Source: the human T2T-CHM13v2.0 reference genome, Homo sapiens
Reading direction: 5' to 3' (one strand)
DNA length: 64,000 bases
NCBI RefSeq assembly: GCF_009914755.1
Contig: NC_060934.1
Made by a program: the position numbers and the translations under genes
Part shown: one piece after another, positions 11,392 through 26,052 of the stretch
How the letters are laid out: every line of letters begins with the position of its first letter
Numbering within the stretch: position 1 is the stretch's first letter
The notes under the pieces: model-generated
Told to the model about the DNA's origin: nothing
Databases searched by the model: none
Seen by the model: only the letters and a program-made list of their open reading frames with translations

Positions 11392-13020
11392 CTTTTTAAA
11401 AATAATAATAAATGTAAGGGGGTACAGTGCAGTTTTGTTACATGGATAGATTGCCTAGTGGTGAAGTCTGGGCTTTTAGTGTAACCATCACCCTAATAAT
11501 ATACGTTGTACCCATTAAGTTATTTCTCATCCCTCACCCCCTCCCACCTTGTCACCCTTCTGAGTCTCCAATGTCTATTATTCCACACTCCATGTCCACG
11601 TGTACACATTATTTAGCTCCCACTTACAAGTGAGAACATGTGGTATTTGACTTTCTGTTTTTGAGTTATTTCACTTAAAATAATGACCTCCAGTTTCATC
11701 CATGTTGCTGCAAAAGACATGATCTCGTTCTTTTTTATGGCAGTGTAGTATTCCATTCCATATACATATATAAACGTTATATATATGTAACGTTTTCTTT
11801 ATCCAATCATCTGTTGATGGATAGATTCCATATCTTTGCTACTGTAAACAGAGCTGTGATAAGCATACAAGTGCAGGTTTCTTTTTGATATACTGATTTC
11901 TTTTCCTTTGGGTAGATACCAGTAGTAGGACTGCTGGATCAAATGGTAGCTCTATTTTTAAGACAGTATGGAGAAATCACCATACTGTTTTCCATAGGGG
12001 TTGTACTAATTTACAGTCCCACCAACAGTGTATAGGTGTTCCCTTTTCTCTGCATCCTTACCAATATCTGTAATTTTTTGACTTTTTAATAATAGCCATT
12101 CTCACTTGTGTGAGATAAGGTCTCATTGTGGTTTTAATTTCCATTTCTCTGATGACTTTTGATGTTAAGCATTTTTTCATATGCTTCTTAGCCACGTGTA
12201 TGTATTCTTTTTGAAAAAATGTTTATTCATGTCTTTTGCCCACTTTTTAATGGCATTATTTGGATTTTTTTTGTTGAGTTATTTGAGTTTCTTATATATT
12301 CTGGATAATAGTCTGGATAATATATTCTGGATAATATATAATAGTCTTATATATTCTGGATATATTCTGGATACATGGTTTGCAAATATTTTCTCCGGTT
12401 CTGCACGTTGTTCATTCTGTTGATGGTTTATTTTGCTGTGCAGAAACTTTTTTAGTTTAATTAAGTCCCATTTGTCTATTTTTGGTTTTGTTGCTTGTGC
12501 TTTTGAGGTTTCTGTCATGAATTCTTTGCCTAGACCAATGCCCAGAAGAGTTTTTCCTAGATTTTCTTCCAAGATTTTTATAGTGTCCATTCTTACACTT
12601 AAGTCTTTAATCCATCTTGAGTTGATTTTTTTTTTTTAAGACGGAGTCCTGCTCTGTCACCCAGGCTGAAGTACAGTAGCACCATCATAGCTCACTGCAA
12701 CCTTTGCCTCCCAGGTTCAAGCAGTTCTCATGCCTCAGCCTCCTAAGTAGCTGGGATTACAGGCATGCGCTACTATGTCTGGCTAATTTTTTGGGGTTTA
12801 GTAGAGACAGGGTTTCACCATGTTGAACAGGCTGTCCTCAAATTCCTGACCTCAGGTGATCCACCCACCTTGGCCCCCAAAGTGCTGGGATTACAGGCAT
12901 GAGCCACCGTGTCTATCCTTGAGTTGATTTTTATATATGGTAAGAGATATGGGTCCAGTTTCATTCTTCTGCATATGGCAATTTAATTTTCCCAGCACCA
13001 TTTATTGAAAAGGTGTCCTA
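11392..13020 (-). mobile_element. 5'-truncated L1 (L1MA/L1PB-like), antisense, interrupted by Alu ~12625-12915
   Basis: L1 3'UTR motifs (cccacttacaagtgagaacatgtggtatttg). Minus-strand ORF2 remnant [10 protein letters not shown]. Alu TSD cttgagttgattttt. Confidence 0.88.
11407..11412 (+). terminator. Candidate proximal polyadenylation signal (AATAAA) for RGR
   Basis: First canonical AATAAA after the stop codon, about 250 nt downstream, lying in the tail of an antisense L1. Usage is not verified. Confidence 0.45.
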
Positions 13021-13449
13021 ACATCACTCCTTCTAAATCCTCTAACCCTTAACATAAGGATGTTAACATGGACATCACAGGGTTGTTGTGAGGCTTGAAG
13101 ATAACATGTACTCACTAAGCACATAGAAAATACTCATTAAAACAGAGCTGTTCGTTAAGTCTTGGCCATGCCTTGCAGGGACTCAGTCTTACATAGAAAG
13201 GGGTAAAAGCCCCAGGGTTTGCTTATGGGACCTCAAGCCAGGCTGCCAGCATTCAAACACCATGTATTAAATCGTGATCTGCTGCCCGTCACTTCCTCTG
13301 CCTGTGCATCGTTTCCCAAGTTGGGAGGTGAGATGATGGAAGTGGCAACTTGACTACACAGAAAGGACCAGAACATTCCCTGTCATGGTAAGTGCTCATG
13401 GAGTATCAGCCACCAGTACATGCCAGTCAAAGACAGCCTCTGGTAATAC

Positions 13450-13690
13450 GGGGCTAGGCCTGCACATTACTTTAAAATGTTTTGAGGTTTGTTGCCAACA
13501 TTTAAAAATCAGGACAGTTTATTTAAATCCAGATGTCAGAAGATGAGGCTTTACCCGGCTGCCTTCCTACATTGTTACAGTTTGTAGAGCTCAGGGCAGC
13601 TCGGCCCTTTGCCCAGGACACATGCTCTTGTGTCAACCTCAGTGCCTGTGTCCCCTGTGGATCCTGTGGGCCTCTGGGTTTGTGACAAGA
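13450..13690 (+). mobile_element. MER102-like hAT DNA transposon remnant
   Basis: ttgttgccaacatttaaaaatcagga...tccaga and terminal cctgtgggc..gtttgtgac resemble MER102 as I recall it. Confidence 0.55.
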
Positions 13691-16123
13691 GCCATCCCGA
13701 GTCCCCAAGAGAAAGAGACGAGGCCGAACACATCAGCGTCCTCATCTGTGCTCAGAGGAGAGGCAGGGAGGAAGGTGGTTTGGTCAGGCTGCTTTCAGGG
13801 ATGGCTTAAGCTCAAGCCTTGCATCCCCAAGGCTTCCCGCAGGAGTGAAAGGAGGGCTTGGGAATGGCCACCCTGGCCTGGGTTGGCAGGAGATGGGAAG
13901 GGCTGAAGCAGCACCTGGTGAGGAATGACCAGAGTCCCGCCTGAAGCTACTCACTTCAGAAGCCCCATGTCGGCCCACACCCCCCAATTCCCACTCATGG
14001 AGTGGGCTTGGGGAGACTCATCACCTTCAGGCTCTTCTGCCCATGTTCCCAAGCACTTTTAGGATCTTGTCCCCTGTGACACTGCGTGCAGGGCTTCTTC
14101 TCTGCCCTCCTTCCCACTCACCCCACAACCTCCCCTGCACCCCTGCCTTCTTTTAAGCAGCTCAGCTGCCTCTGGGGGAAGAGGACAAAGAAAGTGGCTG
14201 AATCCTGTCTGAAGTCCACCTCCCTGTGGGCCCTTGGCACAGTCCCTGAGCTGGGATAGGAATCAGAGTCCGCCCATCCCTGGCACTTGGCCTGGCAGAA
14301 GTTAGACCACAGCCCTCAAAGGCCTAAATCCTTCTCAGGCTCGCTTTGCTCTGCGCAACCCCTAAGGTGATGGATTCACAGTCCTCAAGCTCTCTGCTGA
14401 TTTTCTACAATGAATATGTACCACTTTTGCAATCACAAAAACATGTAAAGAGTAATGTTACTTCTACCTCCTTCAAGTGTTTTATCCCTGGCTGTAGTTG
14501 TATGTTCCCTGCAGAGCCTGTGGGCCTCTGGGTTTGTGACACTAATGCAGGAGTCCCCATCCCTGAATGTATATCTGTATATCTGGTGAGACCCGGGGCC
14601 CTGCAGGGAAATGGAGATGGTGGGCAAGGTGACTGAGGAAGTCTGATGATGAAGGCGCAGCTGACCCAGGACCGTGGAGGCAGGAGAAAGCAAGCTCCGT
14701 CCCACAGAGCGGAGGGGAAGAATAGATAAGCCCCATCAGTCTGAGTTTGCTGAGCGTCATTCCCCACCAGCCTTCCTCTCCTGCCTCCCTCCTAGGCTCC
14801 TCTGGAGCAACTGCTCACCCTTTCCTGGGCACCCCTTGGTCTTTTTTCTCCATTCACTTGTGACCCCTTAATGCCACCCCCTGCAGACACAATGAATTTT
14901 AGGGGGACACACCAACAAGGTCCCCCCGCCCATGTTAGTCATCACTAGCACCACAGTGCTCTCTCCAAGTTCCGTGCAGCCCTGGAGAACTGGGGCCACA
15001 TTGTGGAAAGGGGAACAAGAGCAAGGTGAGAAGACTGAGTCTGGAGAAGTCGGAAGGAAGAAAGAAGGGTGAAAATAGCAGAGACTGTGCTAGAGCCTCA
15101 TCTGCAGAGCTCGAGGGCTCAGGGCATCTTCACTGGAGGCCCGGGGAACCAGCCTAACTTCTCCTGCCCTGGCCTCTAGCCACACTCTACACTAAAGACC
15201 ACATTGATATGCAGACACACAGACTGGACTTGGAAGAGGCCACCAGGAGGTGGACGTCCAGAACCAGCAAGCATCAAGCACCAGAAAATGTCACCTCCAG
15301 CAATCACTTCCTCATTTGTAAGCCAGCATCCATTTGACCCCCTGAATCCCTGTCTGTGTCACTTAGTTCTGACATATTCACCTATCCATCCAATACGTAT
15401 CTACTGAACAGCTGCTGTGTGTCAGACACGTGCTCGATGCGACGACGCAGTACCAAGATCCTTTCCAGATACTGCCAGAAAATGTCCACTGCCTCTTTGT
15501 CTCTTCGTTACATTTGTGAGTAAAATACAGGTGTTAACAATAGCTAGGAAATCAAAGATAGAAATTACGGTACAGCCATGTCCAAGTAAGTGAAATCAGG
15601 TATAATAATAAGGTTATCAAGATAGCCCAGAAATTTCCTTCAGAATCTCTGCAAGTCGTTATCACAAAACTAAACAGTTATCCCTGGCTCTAGATAAATT
15701 AAGCGTGCACTCTATGCTTCATTGTGTACTTGATTTAATTGTATTTCAAGAGAATTATCCCCCACTGAATTTCAATGTGTAGCCAATTTTAGCCCCATTC
15801 TGGATTTTTAAAATTTTCTGTTTGACTTGGAAATCACCATTTTTTTTCTTTTGTTTCTCTATTTTTTTAAAACCACATAGTCCTATGTAAGAAAACCACC
15901 ATGATTTCTAAGAACAGTTTTCCCTAAATTGGCATCCACAGAGGAAGGCCCCATAACATGCACTCCTGTAGTGTGACCAGGCCTTGCCATCCCCTCGCTG
16001 GGTAACCTTGGGAGTCAAGACCCCCTCTGGCCCATCCCCTCTATCATCTCAGTCCCCCAGGGCTCTGACACAGGCAGAAGATTCTCAAACACTATCGAAT
16101 TTTTTTTCTCCAAACTAGATGTT

Positions 16124-16475
16124 TGTGGTGGACTGAATGTTTGTGTCCCCTGAAATACCTATGTTGAAACCCAGTACAGTTAAATGAGGTCATAAGAGCG
16201 GAGCCCTGATCCCATAGGATTGTGTCCTTATGAGAAGAGACACCGGAGAGCCTGAGCTCCCTCTTCTCCCACCCCAAGCATATGTCCAGGAAAGACCATG
16301 TGAGCTCACTGTGAAAAGTTGGCCCAGCCCAAGGAGAGAGCCCTTACCAGACACCAACACTGCCGGCAACTTGATCTCCGACTTCCAGCCTCCAGAAATG
16401 TGCAAAATAAATTTCTGTTGCTTAAGCCACCCAGTCTATGTATTTTGTTACAGCCGCTTTAACAAACTAATACAG
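16124..16475 (+). mobile_element. MaLR (MLT1/MST-like) solo LTR
   Basis: tgtggtggactgaatgtttgtgtcccc ... aataaatttctgttgcttaagccacccagtctatg ... actaataca. Confidence 0.85.
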
Positions 16476-18236
16476 TGTTACATCAAAGCTCATCATTGAA
16501 ACAGATGATAATGGAGGGGACCAACAGCCCAACTGGTGCCCCCAGCCCAGGAACACCCAGTGCCACTTCTGCAGAACCCGGGGATTGTAAAAATCCCATT
16601 TAAAAGTTATAAAATTTGGCTTCTAAGATCCCCTCCCACTCTAAGATCCATTGATTCTAGAATGTATTTGAGTTCTTTCACAAAGAAATGTAAGTACCGT
16701 AGAATATTATCACCCACCTCATCCTCTTGCTGGGAAAGATGGCTCTGCCTATTGCCAAATGGACTTGACATCACAAATAAAGTAGAAAGTTGTAACCAAG
16801 GTAAAGGATTGGCCCCTTCCGGAGACCTTCACTGGCACAATTTTCCTGGGGAGGGAAAGGGCTGTGCATTTGATTGTCTAGCAAGAAAGTAGATACCAAC
16901 TAGATACTGCCTGAACTATACAGTATCTATATTCCCTGTTAAAGGGAAAAGGGATCCCACAAATTTTCTATATAGATAAATAAATTCATTGGCAAAGAAG
17001 TTGGCCTAATTTATTCATATCTTTCTTTTTGCCTCATAATTAATAGAATTTCTGCTGTTCTCCCTGTCAGAGATACTCCTGGTCCAATTCTCTCAAATAC
17101 AAGCTCACTCTCCTTCCCACCACAACTGTCTCCCTTCTTGTGTTCCCTGTGTATGTAAATATCACTATTATCTGTCCTGTCATCTAAGGTAAATGAAGAG
17201 AGAAGGGAAAAGCAGAGATCCGACATGCATAAATACTCGCACTGGGCAGAATGTGAGGGTGGCGCAGTGCTCAGCAGGTACCACAAGGTGGCAGTGCCCT
17301 CTCAATGATCAGTACATCCTGAGCTGCCAGCCCTGATGGTAGTGCCTCTCCGCAGAGCCTGGGGGTCTCCTGCTGAGGCCGCGTGGGTGGGTTATTGATT
17401 CCTGCAGGATTTCCGACACGTTTTCCTTTGCCTGCTCGTGATACAGACGAAACCTGACACTTAACTGTTTCTACCTCAAATGATGACATGATTCCACATC
17501 TCTCTCTTTCTTAAAGGAAACACAGTGTCATGCACGTTGGCCAGAGGAGTCTTTGATGGCCCCATGGAGTCAGTCCCTTTTCTCTGTCTATAGAACAGCC
17601 ATTGAATGTCTAGCCAAATGGAGGCCTCCAAAGCCCTGCACACCACAGCATTTTGATAAGAGGTCTGGGCCTGGGTTTTGTCTTTGTCTGACTGATAAGT
17701 CAGGGCAGTCCCTGGATTTCTCCAACCTGGGATTGTTCATCTGAAAAGTGGTGGTGATTAGCCCTCATGCTGTGATCATAGGTGGAAGAACACTGCAAAC
17801 TATGGGGTGTGGGGCAGGAGGGTTCGGAGAAGCACCCCACTCCTCAGGCAGAGGCACAATAAATGACATTTGGCAATTGTGGGCAATGTTTCTAAGGTAA
17901 CGAGGGCTGGGAAAGCACTGGGTGAAGGCCAGAGATATAATCCTTAAGTCTTCCCTCTGTTCTCGGTTGAGGTAACTTGCTGCTCCTCTCTTAAGCTGCT
18001 CCTTGGCCCCAACATCACACACCTGCTCTTCCCTCCATCCACCTGGCAGCTCTCACAATGGCCTCCATTATCCCCTGCACAGCATCCTCAGCTCAGCTGC
18101 CCTGCCCTCTGCAGCTGTCCAACACATGCACCGCCTTCGCCTTCTAGATCACAGCCAGCTTGGCAGATTGGAAAGGGCTCAGCTTTGGGTGTTGGAAATC
18201 CCTGGGCATGAATCCAGGATTTACCATTTATTCAAT

Positions 18237-18676
18237 GTGACAAAGATTCTCTGCTTGACCAAACTCGAGTCAGGCTCTTGAACCTTCTTCTAGGCCCATC
18301 TCTGAACTTCCTTGTAACACCCAGTTGTAGCAAAGAACCCTATTAAGTTAGTTTAGCAAGAACCATCAGCCCTGGATATCTGATCAGGTTCCTCAGCCTG
18401 CACCATCCCCCAGGTGATTTCTGATCACCCTGGCCTGTCTTCAGCAAGAATCTTGTTCGATAGGTTTAGCCAGAATCCCTTTTATTCTTGATGTTTCATC
18501 TTAGTAATTTTCCATCCAGCAAACCACACCCTGCTCCTGGGCTATCGTTTCCGACTTGTCCATCTCTCTCACCCATTGCAACATTCCATTGCAGCTGTCC
18601 CTACACCTATAGCGATGGTCCTGAATAAAGTCTTTACCATGCTTTCACAAGTGTCATCGAATAGTATTTTTTAACA
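18237..18676 (+). mobile_element. ERV1 solo LTR (MER31-like)
   Basis: tgacaaagattctctgcttgaccaaact ... ctgaataaagtc ... ttaaca. Confidence 0.7.
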
Positions 18677-19059
18677 AATGTCTAAGCAAGTTCGAGCAAA
18701 TTTTTTATCTCTGAGTTTGTTCCACATCCACAAGAATGGACTCATTTGGGTGGCATACTTTAAAGCACATGGTACCCGGTAGGTGCTCAATAGATATTAG
18801 ATATGTTCCATCAGGGACTTCATCATCTACTCTTTGCTGTCACTCAAGAAAAGGGTGTGTAGGAGAATTGTGATAATTGACTGGCGATTACACACCACAA
18901 GTGTCCCAACTACTCCCTCATTTAATCCCCACAACATCCTCACAAGCACAGTTCTCAACTTTGTTTGCAAATTTGAATCACCTGGTTCCTGGTGACTCAA
19001 TGTGTTATCCCTGCACTGGAAGCCCCAACCTCATTTGGGAGCTTGTTCGAAATGTCTCA

Positions 19060-19265
<206 letters not shown>

Positions 19266-20299
19266 AAATGTCTCAGGCCCTCAAGTCTCAGGGCCCAGCT
19301 CAGAACTCCTTAATCCAAATCTTCATTTTAACGACCCCTAGAGTTGGTTTGTGTGCACCTTAAAACTTGAGAAGCCCCAGAGAGCCTTACAGATTATAGC
19401 TGTCTAGGTCCCTGGCACAGAGATTCTGATGTGGTAGGTTTAAAGGGCTGGCTGGCTTGGGCTTTTTAAGCTCCCAGGTGATTCTGATATGCAGCCATGA
19501 GTGAGAACCACCACTTTTGGGGAGTGGTATGAACAGTTCTGTTTCATGAAGAGTGATTTAACTGAGATTTACTCTGAGTTATCTCTGAGGCCATTGTTTG
19601 CTGTTTTATATTAATATATATTTCTCTCTAGGTGTTCATTCTTCTTCACTTGCTCTTGTTCTATGGCTTGCTCTCATCTTTCTCTTACTAATTCTCCCAA
19701 ATTCCAAAGACCATAGGCCAGCAGGAGAGCCTCAGCCCAAGGCTTTTTATTTTATTATCATGATATCATCCACAAGATAATAGGGCCAGGGCTTTTAGTG
19801 GGCGCACTAAAGAATAAGAGGTTAATAATACTGCTGAAGGTCATACAGTAAATGAGAAAGCTTGGTTTGTGCCTCCTGGCACAGGGATTTTTGGATATCA
19901 GTGCAGGCAATGCACATCCAAGATGCTGTAGAGCAGCACTTCTCAAACTCTTCGGTGCACACAAATCACCTGGGATCTTGTTAAATGCAGACTCTGGTTC
20001 AGTAGGCCTGGGTAGGGACCAAGGATGCATTTCTAACAAACTCCCAAGTAAACCGATGTTACTGAGTTGCAGTGTGTTCAGCCAAAGCAACCGATTATGA
20101 TCCTAGCTGCTCCTCCATCACTTCCCAGCCTCTGACTGGGTGTTCATTGTCTCTCACCTGCCAGATGATTCAGATCAATGTTTCAAGTTGTGTCATTGGA
20201 CTGAGCTCTGAAAACCTCCATGCCAGGCCTAAGATGCCACTGGGTGGCGCTCTGGTGCACCTCCCTATGGCATTTCCTGTTGCCGCACAGCTGTTGGGT

Positions 20300-21020
20300 G
20301 TTCACCATTCAACAACAATTCAACAAATATTTATTGAGCCTAACTGTAAGTCAAGTTTAAACAAGACAGACAAGGTCCTCATGAGGGGCTTACATTGTAC
20401 TGACAATAAACAAGTAAATGTATAAAAGAAATCGTTACAAATTTTGATAAGCACTTTGGAGGACATAAACTAGGGAACAGATAGGGAAGCTGGGAGAGGT
20501 GGTTGGGAAAGACCTCTCTGAAGAGGTGATATTCAAGCTGTGACTTAAACGATAATAATAAGGCTGTCAGGTGAGGGCAAAAGGAAAATATTTCAGGCAG
20601 AGGGAACAGCAAGTGGGAAAGGGAGTGGCTGTTCGAGGAGAGGCATGAGGCTGGGGCAGAAAGCCCAAAGAGAAGCAACGGGAGACGCAGGGGACATGTC
20701 CATCCAGTAGGGCTGGCTGGGATGGGGAAGGGGAACAGTGAGTTTTATTTTAAGAGCAAATGAAAATCTTTGAAAGGTTTTCATCAAGAAAGTAACCAGA
20801 TCTGGTTTCCATTTTTAACTGATGTCTCTGGCTGCTGTTTGGGGGCTACATTGAACAGTAGAGGCTGAAAATTGAAGTAGGGATTGTTACAATAGTCCAG
20901 ACCAAAGATGCTGCTGCCTTGAACTAGGTGGTGGTGACGATAACAGTGAGATATGGACAGATTTGTTACACAGTTTTAGAAACAGATGTTACATGACTTG
21001 CTAGTGGTTTAAGTAAGTTT
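20300..21020 (-). mobile_element. L2 remnant
   Basis: cattcaacaa...caacaaatatttattgagc and gaggtgatattcaagctg / ggcagagggaacagc are L2 3' motifs. Confidence 0.7.
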
Positions 21021-22634
21021 ATCAGTTTGGGTGCTTTTGATTTCAGGTAACAGAAAATGTAAATATTAACAGTCTGAAAAATAAGTGCAACTTACAGATT
21101 CCCACAAATGAAAAGTGGAAGAGTGGAAGCTTCATGCAAGGTTTGATCAGGTCTCCAGGTTTATTTTTCTGTGATTCTCAGGTCTGCCCTTTCTCTCTCC
21201 CACTCTCTATGTGTCCATTTATTCTTACGCTAACTTTATTAATAACTCCAAGATGGCTCCTAGAACAATATACGTACATGATTGTGAGTTAGTTCTGTTC
21301 ACATATAGGAGGAAGCAAGCATCATTCCCAATAACCATAAAATAAAAATCTTGAGTTGGGGCTTGATTGGACCACTTCTAAACAAATCCCTGTTTCCAGG
21401 AGAATTAAAATGATAGTTGGCTTAATACTCCCATTAATCCCCAGCTGCCAATGGACTGATTAGCTTAGCTTAGATGGGATTTATTGGAAACCATCACCAT
21501 AGGTAAGAGGGTGAAATTATTTTAATTTGCTTGTACCAATAAAGGTACGGGTGTAGTCAGACCTACACAAATGACATAGTTGCTGAGTAGTGGGAGAGGG
21601 CAGAATGGATGCTGTAGAGAAAATTTCCATTTCCATTTGTAAATGAGGTGAGAATCGAGGACATGGGAGTACATAAGGATGGTACCTAGGGTTTTGGAGG
21701 TGCCATATACCAAGATGAGGAAGACAAACCAGGCTTGGGGGAGAATAAATACAGATGCCTCTTAGATACTCAGGTATTTGGATCTAGTGAGCATTTAGGT
21801 CTAGTGAGCATCTGGAAATATGAGCAAGAGCTGAAGGGAGTTGTCCTGGGTGTAGTCACATGGCATCATGTAGTCACATGGCAGGTGTGGGACAGAGTGA
21901 CAAACTTTCAGCCACTTAGCACAGCCTCTCCCTGCCAGCTCGGGAATCAGAAGAAAAACCCTGTGATGAGAAGGTTAGAACTAGTGATTCTCTAAACCAA
22001 ATAAAGCCATGAGCACCAATATTCTGCTACTAAAGGAATAAATGAAGATCTAAATGAATACATTACAATTACACATCTCTTTCATGTCTTTTGTTTGAGC
22101 GATCCTCAGAACAATGAAAGAAAGGTAGCAGGAAGAGAATTTAGAATCCCATTTTTCAGATGAAAAAGCTGAGATGTGCACAGGTTAAGTGGCACCCCAA
22201 ATCCACCAGAACCTGAGTTTGGAATCCATCCTCTTGATCCTAAATCTAGTCCCCACGCCCTGCAGATCCAAGCATCTATGATCAGATAAATCTATTCATG
22301 GGGACAATATATCTACAACCAAAGATATTCTATGACTCAAGTCAGCACATGCTAAGAATTTTTCAGATGCTGTGGAAGGTGACTTAACAGGGAGGCAGCA
22401 GGTGACATAGAAAGAATCTTGGTCTCCTGGTCAGAACAGACACCCACTTTGGAGTTCCAGCTTTGCTGTTCCCTTCCTGTGTGACTTTGGGTGAATCACT
22501 GAATTTTTGTGGGCTGCATTTTCATTTATGATGGGTTGGATTACATCAGTCGTTTTCAAACTTTTTTTAAAAAACTGAAGCAATCCTTAGGTCACTGGTT
22601 AAATTCCTGCTGGAAGTAGGTGACTTACGCTTCA

Positions 22635-23007
<373 letters not shown>

Positions 23008-23639
23008 TTAAAGAAATCCCAGCATAACTTCTCCTACCAAATGTTTAAGATGGTGAATGGGGATAAGCCTCCTCCCCCATGACTACCACCTTAGAAATCT
23101 GCAATCCACTCTGCTTTGCTTTCTAGGAGTCTGTGGGTTGCATCTCTTTTTAGGTAAGTTCTGAGATTGCCTGCCTTCCCCCAGTTCTAATGCCCCAACC
23201 ACTCCAGGAAAATGGCCTCATAGTCCCTCTCTTCACCCCTGGCCAGTGCCACAGACAGCAGGTGTTGTTCTCTGTTCACAGTGATGTTAGTGCATGAGCC
23301 CAATGGATAGAGTACCTTGTTGTTCAGCCTACCTGGGTTTAAAGAAGGCCTTTGTGGAAGCTCAAGCATTAGAAAGCTACAGATAACATTGTTTATCAGT
23401 TGCTGTTAGCAGGTGTATTTGCCAACTCTTCTCAAGTTAAACAGGAAGTGATTAAAGGACTCCTTGAAGTTAGGAAGGTAAGAAGAATAAACACTCGTAA
23501 TTATGAAACAGCAGAGTCTAACCCTTTATTATGGGCTTTCCATGTGTCAACATATCCAAGCCTCTGAACAATACTAAGATTACAATATTATGATCTTAAG
23601 TTTTATTATCTGCATTGCCTATGTGAGAAAACTGAGGCT

Positions 23640-24770
23640 AAATTTATGAAAATCTAGAAGAAAACACAGGCATAAATATTAACAGCCTTGGATTAGTCAG
23701 TGGTTGCTTACATACAGTAGCAAAAGCACAAGCCAAACAATAATAAAAATGGCTAAACTGGACTTTTCCAAAATTAAGAACATTTGTGCTTCAAAAAATG
23801 CACAAGAACATGAAAATACAGCCCACAGACTGGGGGAAACATTTGTAAATTATATATCTTATAAGTCACTAATATTCAGAATATATTTTAAAACTCTTAT
23901 AGTTCAATAGTAAAAGGACAAATAACCAATATTTTAATGGCCAAAGCATTTGTATAGATATTTCTCCAAAGAGTTACACAAGTGGCCAATAAGCCCATGA
24001 AAAATGCTCAACTTCGTTAGTTATTAGAGAAATGCAAATCAAAACCATAATGAGATGTCATTTCATATCTATTAGAATGGCTGAAATCAAAAAGGTCAAT
24101 AATAACAAGTGTTGGCAAGGATGTAAAGGCACTGGAAACTTTATACATTGCTAGTACGAATGTTAAATGGTACAGCATTTTGGAAAACAATTTGGAAGTT
24201 CCTCAAAAAGTTAAAAATACAGTTATCATGTCCTCAGCAATTCTACTTCCAGGTACATGCCCAAGATAATTGAAAACATACTTCTACACAAAATCTTATA
24301 TACTAGTATTCATAGCAACATTATTTACAATAGACAAAATGTGGAAACAACCTAAATGTCAGTCAACTGATGAATGGATAAGTAAAATGTAATTTATCCA
24401 TAAGAGGAAATATTATTCAGTCATAAAAATGAAGTATTGATGCATGCTACAATATGAACAAACATTGAAACAAGCCAGACCCAAAAGATCACATGTTGAA
24501 TTATTTCATTTATACAAACTGTCCAGAATAGGAAAATGTATAGAGACAGCAAGTAAGTTAGTGGTTGCCAGGGGCTGGGAGAACAGGAGTTTGAGAGGTG
24601 ATTGCTACTAGGTATGAGGCTTATTTTGGGGATATTGAAAACATCCTGAAATTAAATAGTGGTGATGATTTTATAACTTTTTGAATATACTGAAAACCAC
24701 TAAATTGTACATTTTAAAAGAATGAATTCTATGGTGTATAAATTATATCTTAATAAAAATTAATAATTAA
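23640..24770 (+). mobile_element. Old L1 (L1MB-like) 3' fragment
   Basis: Degenerate ORF2 end (gaaatgcaaatcaaaacc...) and L1M 3'UTR (gtggttgccaggggctggg ... aattatatcttaataaaa). Confidence 0.8.
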
Positions 24771-25749
24771 TTAATTTAGTGAATTAATGGAAAGTGCAAT
24801 GGGAACTCAGAAAAGATGAAACTCAAAAGTAGCAGGAGGGATCCAGAAAGGCTTCCCTGAGGAAGTGACACAAGTTCTCCCCTTCTTAACTCTCAAGGCC
24901 CTGAAGCATAGTACATGCACAATTATTTTCAAAACTAATGTCTCAGCAGAGTAGAAAGGTCCTACTTCACATCCTGATACTCCTTCCCAGTGCCTTCCTC
25001 TCCTCTATACAGGCTTTACGTAATAATCACAAAATCCCCCAGCCCCATCTGTTCACCTGTTTTTCAGTAGAAGCTTCTTCTACACCTAAATACATTTTTA
25101 ATTGTCATTTTTAAATCAATTTCTAACAGACTTTTTGCAAAAAATTCTCATATTTTCCCCATGTTCAAGTTTGGAGCTGGGTGGGAAAGGTTGCTTATAG
25201 GGATGTAAAGGAAGGGGGCTACTAGAGACTGAATGTCAGGGTGTAAAGGGCATTATTCCGTGACTTGTAGCATGGAAGCATGGTGACGAAGCACTATGCT
25301 TCAGCATAACACAGCCACAGAAGCAATGCTGGTAAGGATGTCATGTCCCAATGCCAGGATCCATTAGGAGTGTATTGATCTGAATAGGAGACAGAAGACA
25401 GAAACAATCCACTGGCAGTGGTGGAAGCCTCCAGGCGGATGGATGAAGGACAGATTTGGAAATGGGCAGTGCTGGGAGGAACGGAATCGTAACTCAAGGT
25501 CCTGAAGCAGAGAATGTTCACATTTAGAACAGGAGGTGGCTTCCCCTCTGGATTTCTGGACCTTCATATTGCTGAGGTTTGAGAAAATCATACCCTTTGG
25601 GGTATTTTTGAGATGAAGGTAAAGGCACTGATTGAAGGCCATTGGAGCTTAAGTGATAAATGAAAGGGAAGGAATGATATGACATGAGACTAGACAAGAG
25701 ACAGGATCCAGAACACAGAAACCCTTACAGGCCAGGTTGAGGATTTGGG

Positions 25750-26052
25750 GCTGACCGGGTGCAGTGACTTGAGCCTGTAATCCCAGCACTTTGGGAGGGC
25801 AAGGCAGGAAGATCCCTTGAGCCCAGGAGTTCGAGACTAGCTTGGGAAACACAGCAAGACTCTGTATCTACAAATAAAAAATTTAAAAAATTAGCTGGGC
25901 ATGGTGGTGCACACCTGTAACCTCAGCACTTTAAGAGGCCAAGGCAGATGGATTGCTTAAGCCCAGGAGTTCGAGGCCGTAGTAAGCTATTATTGTGCCA
26001 CTGCGCTCCAGCCTGAGTGATAGAGGGAGAGGTTGTCTCAGAAAAAAAAAAA
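25750..26052 (+). mobile_element. Alu (AluJ-like), within L2 remnants spanning ~25600-27350
   Basis: Dimeric Alu with gagcccaggagttcgag in both arms. Confidence 0.85.
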
